From the NCBI GenBank assembly GCA_000004985.1, contig GG738849.1: a stretch of 64,000 nt of DNA; one strand, 5' to 3'. Both the position numbers and the translations under genes were made by a program. Positions 52,736-62,933 of the stretch are shown here, piece by piece; the first letter of the stretch is position 1; each line of letters opens with the position of its first letter. Under the pieces are notes generated by a model, which saw only the letters and a list, made by a program, of their open reading frames with translations, ran no database searches and was not told where the DNA came from. This DNA is from Naegleria gruberi. Taxonomy: Eukaryota.

Positions 52736-55393
52736 ATGGTTTGGTATCTTTAGAGATGCGATCTTGGCACTTTTCAATCATATGAGCACATGGCTTATCT
52801 TCAACACCTTCTGTTTTCTCAATATGAATGGATTGATATTGTTCAAAATATTCAAGGGCCTCATTAAAGTGACCTTGTTTAAAGCTTTCAATTCCCTTAT
52901 TGTAAATTCTCCACTTGTCCACTTGCTCTTTTTGCTGCAATTCATACATCCCTAAGTAATTATGATATTCACAAATGAAAAAACAATATCAACTTACATT
53001 CATCCATGTTAACTTGTTTTGAATCTCCAACCTCATAAATTGGTGTCTTTTCACCACTCTTTGATTTTCTATTGGACATAATTGGTTCAAATGTATTTTC
53101 ATTCACTAATTTCTTCCATGATACCAATCTAGTCGAGTGAACATCAGCAATTTCCTGGTAAACATGATCTGTGATTAAAAAGTTAACATTAAGCTTGGAA
53201 GTTAAACTGATTAAAAATTCAAGATTTTCTTGATAACTGCCTAAAATTGAGAAGGTTTTAACATCTCTAGTACCAACGTTACCAACTTTGTTTTGCTGTG
53301 AAACCATGGCACAAAGGAAAGATATGGATGAAGAACATTTCAATTTTTGTAATTGACCTTGAAGTTGTGTCATGCAGAATAAACCTTTTTCTTCTGCTTT
53401 GGCGCTTTCTGATGTAGCATTAAAACTAAGAATGATGGTACTCTTCTCAAAATTGCCAACCAATGCATTGTTTAAACTTGCATGTCTTTGAATTACTGTG
53501 AAAATTTCAGTAAGCACGACAGTAATATCATGTTCTTTCAATTCATTAAGTAGTTCGTTGAGCCCTTCGAAATATATCATTGCACTCACCACCCTTCTCT
53601 TTTCCAGACCTAATTTAAAAATGGAATTATGAAAACCAGAAGAATGAGCTCCAATCTTGCTATGATGAGATGACTTTGAGAAGGAAAGAGATGTAAACTT
53701 GTTACTCGAATGATGTTTAGATTCTTCGTGTGAACGTGTGTCATTACTATCCAATTTGCTCAACAAGTGAGGTGGAAGGAAACTTCTAAATAATTTCATC
53801 TTTTTCACCATGAACAATACATGTTCTTGGATTTCAGAAACTTCCTTCAATGGTGATGCAACCTTCAAGCCCTCAATTTCGTCCAATTGCATTTCTGAAA
53901 TGAATTCAAATTGGGTCATTAACTTTTTGAAAGGTGTAACAATTCTTGTACTGAACCAAATACCTATCAAAATTGCAGAGATTGTAATAATGACACTCAC
54001 AATAACGGCAACTATCACTGCAATTACAATGGAAGATATGTAGTTCCACTGTGGCACTGCAAAGATTATCATCCAATTCAACAATGTTGGAGTGCACAAT
54101 CTATAGAGTCCAACATAATAAGAACTAACTGTTGTGAATTTGAAAGTTGAACATTTCATAGATTTGAGATCATTCCCTAAAGATTCATAAACAGCAGATC
54201 CAATATCTCTCACTTGTGGAATATCAAAGTTCTTAACAGTCTTTCTTGTTTCCTTTCCACTTTTATCCCATTCAGAAACTGGAATATCAGGGTAGTTGGC
54301 TAATTATTATTGAAACAGTTTAAAACAGGAATATTAAAAAAACATACTTGCAATAATAGCGTCAGTTTTGATCTCAATAACAACTGCCAGTGAGTTCATA
54401 ATATCACTTGTAAATTCAAGCAAGTATTGGGATAGAGAGTGAACTGTCAGATCAATAGCAAAATACCAATCAAAAGTGGATGAGCCAGGAACTGAGTGAA
54501 CACTTACACATGAGAACCAAACCCACAGTGGATATCCTGAATCTGTGTAAGAGTCAGAAAATCCGGTTGAGTTGAGTAAGTTTTGGGCTTGTTCCACTTC
54601 AGTTGAAAGATCAAATGTTGGTTTAATCTTATCCCATGTTGGACCTTTTCTAACACAGCTAGTGTGAGAGGAGTCAAAATCACAAGTTTTGTAATAAGCT
54701 CCTGTTGAATTAATCACAAATAATGATAGATACATTTCAGGTGATTTAGCAGCTCTAGATTGACTGCTAGTTATACCCTTATTACCTCCCAATACATCTC
54801 CAAAATATGAATTGATGAAAAGACCATTTATGTAAGCTTCCTGTGATTTATAGGTCATGAAGGTCTTGTCAATTAACCACTCGTCACGATTATAATAATC
54901 CATATCATTCCACACAGAGTTCCTTACAGTTTCAGTGGCCATTGCTACCTGTTGTTAGGAATTTCCACATGTTTGTCAATTTTACACTAAATTCAAACCG
55001 TCAACAACAAACCTTATTCATGGTAGAGTCTATAAATTCAGTCATACTAGAGAATTGAGACTCCATTAAACTATTACTCACAGATGTAACACTCCCAGCA
55101 AAACTAGATACCCAAACTATGGTTAATAAGATTACAGAAACCACCAAAACAAACAATAATAAGAGTATTAAGCTTGATTTGATGGTTATTTTCTGAGAGG
55201 AACGCTTATTTTGTTGTTTGATTTGAGCACCATCATCTGACGAATTATCATCAATTATTGGTTCCAAAGGAGAAACAGCACTAATAGTAAATCCATCATT
55301 TGATTCGGTAAGGTGATTTTTGGATGTTGGTGTCCTATTTGTTGTATATACAGATACATGTGGGGGCAATGGTGTAACCTTAGAAGCGACCAT
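52725..55393 (-). CDS. Receptor-like protein. Cytoplasmic N-terminus, TM1, ~330-aa extracellular sensor-like domain, TM2, degenerate class-III nucleotidyl-cyclase homology domain, C-terminal TPR-like tail. Four exons: 55393..55013, 54948..54348, 54299..52998, 52951..52725.
   Basis: TM1 LILLLLFVLVVSVILLTIVWV and TM2 IVIAVIVAVIVSVIITISAILIGIWF. CHD-like region RRVVSAMIYFEGLNEL…ALVGNFEKSTIILSF…FLCAMVSQQNKVGNVGTRDVKTFSILGSYQENLEFLISLTSKLNVNFLITDHVYQEI follows the β1 / β2-β3 / αD-β7 pattern (FxDIxGFT → YFEGLNEL, GD → GN, GDTVNxASR → GSYQENLEF). Introns of 64, 48 and 46 nt, all GT-AG, phase-checked. Last exon …MYELQQKEQVDKWRIYNKGIESFKQGHFNEALEYFEQYQ… (TPR-like). Confidence 0.6.
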
Positions 55394-55880
55394 ACTAATG
55401 AACGCACACTGTTGTAGAGAGTTTTTTTATACTATTGCTCTGTGATAAGTTGCTGTAACAGTTAAAGAACAGTTCAGCAAGCCTTGTGCGTTTATCTCTG
55501 TCACCACCCGAATCCGAATACCTTAATTTATTATCTTCATTATCAGTCCAATGCTGAAAATAGACTATTGTGCTGTTGCATACAGGCGGGAAAGCCTTAC
55601 AAACTGTACAATCACCCTTATAGGAAGTTTCCTTTATCACTCAAAGCATGGTAGTCACCTGCTAAACAACATCTAAAGTTTTCCCGACCGGGTAGCTGGA
55701 TTTTCACTAGTTCCTCAATCAGCGGGGAAACACCAGTTACAAACCATAAATTCCATATCTCACCCTCTGTCCACATCCTTTAGAGTATTAATACTCTTTA
55801 GAAAAGATACTTATCGAACAAATTATAGAATTTCAACCAAACAAGTATAACTCTAGAAATGATCGTATTGAATCATGTTA

Positions 55881-58027
55881 TTATTGCATGGAACAAGTCT
55901 TCTTTTCACTATTCTTTACAACTTGCTTAAATGAAGGATCATTCCACACACAGATGGACTTGACCATCACTTCGTTCAGCTCCCTGATTCCAGTACCTTT
56001 CAGAGCGCTTGTTTCGGCAAGTAATTTTCCCTGTTCAAAACTTTGAATCTTTTTATGTTTTTTGATAAGTAATTCTCTGGTAAAGATTGGATCATCTCTA
56101 AAATCAATTTTGGTGCAAACAAGTGCAATTGGAGTTGTTGAACAATGATGCCTTAGTTCATTATCCATAGATGATTCTGAACAACAACTGAAACTCAAAA
56201 AGAATAAATCAGTTTGGGGATAAGAAAGTGGACGTAATCTGTGTATGATAGATAAATTCATTAAGTTCCAAAATTTAACAATATTATTGCTTTTTGATAA
56301 ATAAATAACTTCCCTAGGGAAGAAGGATAAATTACAGCACGCAGGGGGAGAAGTTCTTTTGCTTCCTTCCACATCATAGCCAACATTCAACCCAAAACAA
56401 CATCTGTCATTTACTTGAAGTTGTTGGTACATTGAAGAACAAGTGGTAATTGATACTTTGAACACCCTGTTTTTCTCTTGGTCTAATAAAGACTTGTATT
56501 GTTAATAAACTTCTATCTATAATAAATCATGAAAAAAAATCATACAACACCCTCAGTTGGTAGGAGGGGGTTTAAGACGGCCAAAAAGTGTAATTTATCC
56601 TTCTTCCCTTACCTATCAAAATCTTTTGAAAGGTCAATCAAAAATGTTTTGAATATTTTTTAAAATTACTAACCTTCTTGTCCTATGGTATCCCACAATC
56701 CAATACTTAAAGTTTTTCCATCATAGAAAAAATTGTATTGCTATCAAAAATTGTTGGTATATATTCGTGTGGAAAGGAATCGGTAGTTAGAGATATCCAA
56801 AGACATGTTTTACCCACAGCTCCATCACCTTATTTAAAATAATTAATTGGCATTCAATATTGAATAATAAATGATGACACTCACCAACTTGAACAATTTT
56901 AAAAGAATTTGCTGAACTGTTTTTCAAATTGTACTTGAGAATTTCTTCTTTAGGAACGTAGATATCACTTCCACATTGTGACAAACCCTCAATATAACTG
57001 GTTCTATTATGGTGATCTCTGTTGGCTCATTAACTTGCTTCTTTTTGTCAATCTTGTGATAAGTACCACCAAATACAAAGTAATTCATAGCAATACTATC
57101 ATCTTCATTGGTCGCTTGGAATGGAACAGTTGTATGAAAGACGGGTCCAACATCTTGGCTTGTAAAAGTTTGAGAAAGTGAGTGAGTGTGGCTTACATCC
57201 CAACCATTCTTGATATTAATTAAATCAATATAGATACAATCCAAATGGTCAATTCTATCATTACAACCTCCAATGGAGTAAAGTCTTTTACCATTTTCTG
57301 ATTTTTCCAACACCAATGAATGACCAAATCTTGGAGCAAAGCCATCAAGTTCAGAAATTAATACCTCCGATTGACAAGTACCCTCTTTCACATCCAGAGT
57401 AGACAATTTAATCTTTACAAAATCTTTAACAAGATCAGTAGCCGATTTACCACCCAAAATATACCAATCACCAGTTTCTTCATCCAAAACACTAGCATGA
57501 TAATATCTTCCCATAAGTTCAATGCTCAATTCCATCAATTTCCATTCTCTACTCTTCAAATTGAAAATAAACAATTCATTCGATGGGAAACTGTTGTTAT
57601 CATCATACCCACCAAACACAACCAAATAATCACCATAAATAGTTGCTGATTGACCATAACGTGGAGTGATAATCTCATCACCACTAGGCTCCAGTAATCC
57701 CCACTCAAAAGTATCAAATCGATACGACCAAACATCATTATGAAAACCATTTGATTTCCCGCCAAAAATTACCATCTCATCACTACAATCATTCGATTTT
57801 CTTTTCACTAGACACGAGGAGTGGAAGTTACGAGCACTTGGTCCCCTATTATGTATTGTCTTGTTTTCCCACTTTTGTGAGGAAACATCCACTTGAATGA
57901 GATCGTTTACAAGTAGTTCGGAATTGACAAAGCCTCCGAAAAGATAAACTTTATCGTTATGAAAGATACCACTGTGACCAACACGAGAGGTTAATTGACC
58001 GAGGGGCAACGAAGATGTTAATAACAT
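55881..58027 (-). CDS. Putative fusion gene: N-terminal Kelch beta-propeller (~347 aa) plus a C-terminal Rho/Rac-family small GTPase with a CAAX box (CSMQ). Five exons: 58027..56987, 56933..56885, 56828..56674, 56622..56613 (10-nt microexon), 56238..55881. Exon 3 carries an apparent 1-nt frameshift.
   Basis: Kelch ORF from ATG 58027 (…VYLFGGF…DVWSYRF…LVVFGGY…WYILGG…LYSIGG…). The Rho-frame segment upstream of the G1 exon has no ATG between an in-frame TAA and the GTGAGT donor, so it cannot initiate on its own. A 53-nt GTTTGT…AAG intron joins …EPVILR to [17 protein letters not shown]|DGAVGKTCL… Then GQE|DFD|[11 protein letters not shown] via the microexon ATTTTGATAG (introns of 51 and 374 nt). 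Downstream …[10 protein letters not shown]…ETSALKG…CSMQ*. Rho exon 3 is 155 nt where phase requires 156. See the finding on the frameshift. Confidence 0.5.
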
Positions 58028-58105
58028 TTTTTTGACAAAGTATTGGAAACTCGTGTAACAATCAAGATCAAATAATAAATTAAAAATATAATATTATTTA
58101 AAAAT

Positions 58106-58760
58106 ATGACAACAACTCTTGTACAAGACCCTATTGTTTGGGTTGACATGGAGGTAAGATAATAGCCACTGACCACAATTCACACAATTAATTCTAAATA
58201 GATGACAGGATTAGATATTGATTCCGATCACATTTTGGAAATTGCAGTCATTATTACTGATGGTAATTTAAATATTATTGCACAATTGGATTCATTGATT
58301 GTTCATCAGAGTGACTCTGTTTTAGATAATATGAATGATTGGTGTAAACAGCATCATGGTGATAGTGGTTTGACTGCTGCCGTTCGAAAGAGCTCATTCT
58401 CCATTCAGCAAGTTGAGGATACAGTCTTGGATTTTGTTAAACACTATGTTGCATCGGAGAGATTGGCTCCATTGGCTGGTAACAGTGTTTATTGTGATAG
58501 ATTATTTATGAAGTATGTTAATTTCTTTATTATTTTGTTAATAATATTTTAATTATTTTAGAAAGGAAATGAAAAGATTAGATGAATATTTGCATTATAG
58601 AATTATTGATGTTTCTTCAATTAAAGAGCTTGCAAGAAGATGGTCACCTGAAACTCTTACCAAGGTTGTAAAGACTGGAGCCCATAGAGCACTTGATGAT
58701 ATCAAAGAATCTATTGAAGAATTGAAAGTTTACAAAAAGCATCTATTTAAATTGGAATAA
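58106..58760 (+). CDS. Oligoribonuclease (REXO2/Orn, DEDDh 3'-5' exonuclease). Three exons: 58106..58153, 58202..58512, 58562..58760.
   Basis: …PIVWVDME|[21 protein letters not shown]…[12 protein letters not shown]|[27 protein letters not shown]… is collinear with Orn (DxE…, H-x4-D). Introns of 48 nt (GTAAGA…ATAG) and 49 nt (GTATGT…TTAG). Confidence 0.85.
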
Positions 58761-59124
58761 TTATTGATTCTAAATTATTAATTATATTACACAATATTTG
58801 ATCTTCTTTAACTAGTATATTCAGGTAAAGAATAGCAGGTTCATCTTGGCCATATTAAGGCCTGTTAATTTTGGTCGCTTTGTCTTAGTAAATCAGGGTT
58901 GTGTGAAAATCGCCAAAAAGCGGATTAATTCTTCCTAAAAGATACAAAGTATACTTTTTAGGCTGGCTATGAATCTCGAGCAAGACCACAACATTCCGAG
59001 ACTTATTTGTTATTAAAGCCTCAAAAAAAACAACTTCAATACCTCCTCAAATTTAGTACAAGCTTAATACTGGCCATAGAGAGGTTTTGTTATTTTGGTA
59101 CTTATTCGTTTGGTCGTATCCAAC

Positions 59125-60248
59125 ATGTTACCTTCCTTAAACGAATTGATTAAAAAGTTTGACGAATTTAAAGACAAACAAAGGTTGAATACTGATATTC
59201 ATCAGAATTTGAAACCAATAGATGTTAAACCAATAGTAGATGTTGCTTCTCCTGCATGTTACCCTTCATCATCCCATACTCAAAGAGAACCACCCATCAT
59301 TCATTCTAAATATTACTCTTCAACAACATGTAATTCTCTAAGATCTTCATCTAATATTTACCAACCATCACCACACAATCACCCTCATCAGCTCCATCAT
59401 TACCCTAGTCATCTTCAGCAAACCTCATTCACCAAAGTAATGCATGTGGATCATGATCCAAGCTATTTTGAATCTCTTCATTATCATACTGGAGGTCATG
59501 AAACGATAATTAGCAATAATAGTCTTGCACAAATTGTTGAGCCACCGCCACATGCTCTTAGTGACATGCCACATGCCCTTCCTCCAACTTTGGAAATGTG
59601 TCCAACAACTTCTAGTAATAATGCATCTTCGTCGATATGTAATAAGCAAACTTGTTTCCTTCCTTCTTCATCTCAAAGTACATTCACGACGGATGCAGCA
59701 AATAATAGATCAAATAGCAATAGTCCAAAAAATAGTTCTTCACAGAATAGTTCCACAAACTCTTTCCAGTCCTCGTTTAATGTAAATAAGAAAATTCCAA
59801 AAAGCAAAATTTCCAAAAAATCAAAAGAACCCATTCAATTCAAAGCATTTTCCATCTCATTAGATACATCTAAAATCAAATTTATCAATGAGCAACATCA
59901 GAAAATTGGGATTAATGATGGATCATGGACTGAGCAGGAACATGCCAATTTCATTCGAGGTTTAAATGAATGTGGAAAAGGAAAATGGAGAGAAATTGCA
60001 GAGGGTTATGTTAAGACAAGGTAAGTTGTCCAAGTTACCTGCTCGTGTTAATCGAATCGTAAATCCCTAATTATAACTATATTTCATGTTAATTGAATCT
60101 TATTTCTTTCCCCTTAGAACAAGGTAAGTGATTTCATTTTAATCGAATCCTAATTCTATCCTAATTCTTCCTTAGAACTCAAGTTGCTTCGCATGCTCGT
60201 AAATATTTGAAAATGCTTGCAAGGAAAACTAAATCTTCAATTAGATAA
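59125..60248 (+). CDS. Single-repeat Myb (SHAQKYF class) DNA-binding protein with a long low-complexity N-terminal region. Three exons: 59125..60020, 60118..60123 (6-nt microexon), 60176..60248.
   Basis: …GSWTEQEHANFIRGLNECGKGKWREIAEGYVKTR|TR|TQVASHARKYLKMLARK… With the 6-nt exon AACAAG included, the spacing matches the TRT-x-TQVASHAQKYF consensus exactly. Skipping it is also in frame but 2 aa short. First ATG at 59125 (the ORF-track start at 59095 is TTG). Confidence 0.6.
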
Positions 60249-60409
60249 CCATATTGATTATACTTCTTATAATATTCAATAATCCCCGTTCATTCAAGAA
60301 GAATAGAGGAGCCAACCTTCTTTTATAAATCTTAATTCGCACAATATTTGGCAACTTCGCCATCAAAGAATCGGATTATACGTATATTTTGTTGGAAGTG
60401 GATAAAACC

Positions 60410-61258
60410 TTATTTGTTTTTCTCCACTTCAAATATAGATCTCTCTCTCTTTTTACAGCCCACCTTAATCCACTCTAAATCACTCAAAAACCATTCTCTG
60501 TGCTGCTTGACTTCATCTAATGAAATGTTTTTTGTATTCCTATAAAGTGAGTGTATCATCATAGGATTTCCAATATTATTGTCCTTGGTATGGCTTTGTT
60601 GTGTGTTGGAATCTGCAGCACTCTGAGGAGAAGGAACAAATGAAGATGTTTTTAGAATCTTGTTAAGCCAATCCAAATTTGGAGTGGGCAACGCGTCGTT
60701 CATTGGTTCGTTAGTGGTATTAACACCCTCTACAATTGAAGATTTACAAAACTTGTTTGGGTTTACATAAATCAATTGTTTGCAATATTTTTCCTTAATT
60801 TGTTCATAGTCAAAATTTTGCTTTGGTCCATAATGTGAAATTTTCATTACTCTTTCTTCAATATCATGAATGGATTGTTCTCCAAAAATTGTAGACCAAG
60901 TTTTTAATAATTTCAAGTATTTAATTTGAATATTCAAATCTATTTGTACTTTGAATGAGTAAAAGAACAAGTCCGAAATTCCAGCACTAAATTCATCAAT
61001 ATATTCTCCTCCAATATTTTTAATAATTGAATCTAATAAATAGAGACTCGGAAGTTTCTCCTCTGCACTTGCTGTTTTAATTCTTGTAGAAATAACTTTT
61101 GCAATAGATTTACAATATTTAATTTCCTCCCTAGCAATACTAGTCAATTTTTTAATATCCATTAACGAATTGGTTTTTAAATCCTTCTGTAAGGAGAGAG
61201 AATATTTTTGTACAATACTACCTTCCGATGATGATTGGGGCTTGTTGAATTGTTTCAT
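60410..61258 (-). CDS. CID (RPR) domain protein, RPRD1/Rtt103-like. 282 aa, single exon.
   Basis: ATG at 61258. N-terminal CID …KLPSLYLLDSIIKNIGGEYIDEFSAGISDLFFYSF… (cf. Pcf11/Rtt103 …KLP.LYL.DSI.KN.G..Y...F…) followed by a predicted coiled-coil C-terminus. Confidence 0.65.
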   Translation of the reverse strand: MKQFNKPQSSSEGSIVQKYSLSLQKDLKTNSLMDIKKLTSIAREEIKYCKSIAKVISTRIKTASAEEKLPSLYLLDSIIKNIGGEYIDEFSAGISDLFFYSFKVQIDLNIQIKYLKLLKTWSTIFGEQSIHDIEERVMKISHYGPKQNFDYEQIKEKYCKQLIYVNPNKFCKSSIVEGVNTTNEPMNDALPTPNLDWLNKILKTSSFVPSPQSAADSNTQQSHTKDNNIGNPMMIHSLYRNTKNISLDEVKQHREWFLSDLEWIKVGCKKRERSIFEVEKNK

Positions 61259-61419
61259 TTTTTTGATAAGTGTTTACAAAAACTTGAATTGAAAATGTCA
61301 ATCTTTATCGAGACCTAATGAAAAACTTCAAAAAGGATCTACTGTTACTGAATCTTAGGTAAGAATACAGTAATCTATCTTACACCAATGCTTCATTATC
61401 ATATCATTCACCACAAAAA

Positions 61420-61800
61420 ATGAGTAACAAACAAGCCCTCCTCTCAGATCAACTTTATGATTCAAGCAGCTCGGACGATGATCTTGATTTCAAGCAGGGT
61501 TCCTACACTCCCCATAACATACTCTCATCGAATCCATATAGTAATAATAGTACATCAACAGCTGCCGCAGTAACATCCTCATCATCGAGTGGATATGTGA
61601 GCAAAGATCAGAGGCCACTTTTAGGACTTTCGAGCGAATCTGTACAGCAGCCTTCCGAATCAATCTATCAACGAGTTTCAAACCTAATTCCTCTTTTATG
61701 TGTTTTGAATGCATTTGCTTCGTTATTCAAGACAATTTTAGGTCGATTCTCCTCTCCTCAACAATCACAAGAAGAAAGTGATGGTTATTTAAATGTTTAA
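61420..61800 (+). CDS. Small hypothetical protein (126 aa). Ser-rich, with a hydrophobic C-terminal segment.
   Basis: ATG in AAAAAATG context. ORF ends …LIPLLCVLNAFASLFKTILGRF… No homology recognised. Could be a spurious ORF. Confidence 0.3.
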   Translation: MSNKQALLSDQLYDSSSSDDDLDFKQGSYTPHNILSSNPYSNNSTSTAAAVTSSSSSGYVSKDQRPLLGLSSESVQQPSESIYQRVSNLIPLLCVLNAFASLFKTILGRFSSPQQSQEESDGYLNV

Positions 61801-61832
61801 TGTATTTTTGTATTTGTTTTTTTGTAAAGTCT

Positions 61833-62474
61833 TTAAAGTTGAATTGTTGGTATGTGCTTCTTGATAGTAAGCTTTAAACTAGCATAGGATTCATCCAAAT
61901 CGTTATTTTCAACTGAGTCATCAAAGAGATTGGTATTGTCTTGTTCAAATTCTTCCAATTCTTTTCTGGCATTCTTAAGTCGAAGTTGAATGCTTTCCTC
62001 AGTTTCAGTAGCTCTTCCTCTCAATCTTTGTTCCAAAATATCCATGCTTGGTGGCTTGACAAACAAAACAAGAGGATTTAATTCCTTATTGTTTCTTACT
62101 TGTCTGGCTCCTTGAATATCAATGTCGAGGACACAACATTTTCCTTTGGTTTGAACTTCCTTTACAGCTTGAAAGCTTGTTCCGTACAAGTTTCCGTGCA
62201 CGTTTGCATGTTCAATAAATTTACCTTCATCAATTTCCTTTTGCATTATTTCCTTTGTACTAAAGTAATAGTGCACTCCATTTTCTTCTCCTGGTCTTGG
62301 TCCACGAGTTGTATGAGAGACTGAAAAACCGAAAATGTTTGGATATTCCTTGAACAATTTTTGAATAAGTGTTCCTTTACCGACACCACTTGGGCCACAA
62401 ATAACAATAGGTCTAAAAAGTTGCAAAGTTGAAGCAGTACTGGTGGACATGGTTGATGAGCAAATACCTCCCAT
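61833..62474 (-). CDS. Guanylate kinase (GMP kinase), ~213 aa from the first ATG, single exon.
   Basis: P-loop CGPSGVGKGTL, …SHTTRGPRPGEENGVHYYF…, …LDIDIQGARQ…. First in-frame ATG at 62474 gives an N-terminus MGGICSS (the ORF-track start at 62498 is TTG). A second ATG lies 8 codons downstream. Confidence 0.85.
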   Translation of the reverse strand: MGGICSSTMSTSTASTLQLFRPIVICGPSGVGKGTLIQKLFKEYPNIFGFSVSHTTRGPRPGEENGVHYYFSTKEIMQKEIDEGKFIEHANVHGNLYGTSFQAVKEVQTKGKCCVLDIDIQGARQVRNNKELNPLVLFVKPPSMDILEQRLRGRATETEESIQLRLKNARKELEEFEQDNTNLFDDSVENNDLDESYASLKLTIKKHIPTIQL

Positions 62475-62933
62475 ATAGAAATCTATACATTTAACCAAAT
62501 AGCAATTTTAAATGAGATGACGGCACATATTATCCGTTGTTATAATCACGGGTTGGGCTAAAAACAAAACGAACCTTTGAGATGATGAAGGAAAGAAAGG
62601 TGGGTTAAAAAACTCGAGTTGTTGAATTTTTTTTTTGCCAAACTTTCTAACGGTGGCAAATAGGTTACTTTTGAAAGTGAGTAGCATTGTTGCCATTTCA
62701 TTGAATGCTTGTTAGGAATTGAGGTTCATTAACTGTTTTACGTTGACAGACAAAGAAATTTAATGTGTTGAGAATTGTATATTATTAGAGATAATTGGTG
62801 TTGATTCAAACAGTTGAACAAACCAATAACGTAGGTGGGCCATGCATTCATTAATAATATGATGATGAAAAACCTGTAAGAACCCAATTATTATTAGAAG
62901 AAAATTAAACAATTAAAAACAAATTTAAAAAAA

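Noticed and set aside
60021-60175. Treating the whole 155-nt stretch in the Myb gene as one intron (skipping AACAAG).
   Set aside because: In frame and possible, but it removes two residues from the conserved TRTxTQVASHA(Q/R)KY(F/L) spacing. Kept as an alternative-splicing possibility rather than the primary model.
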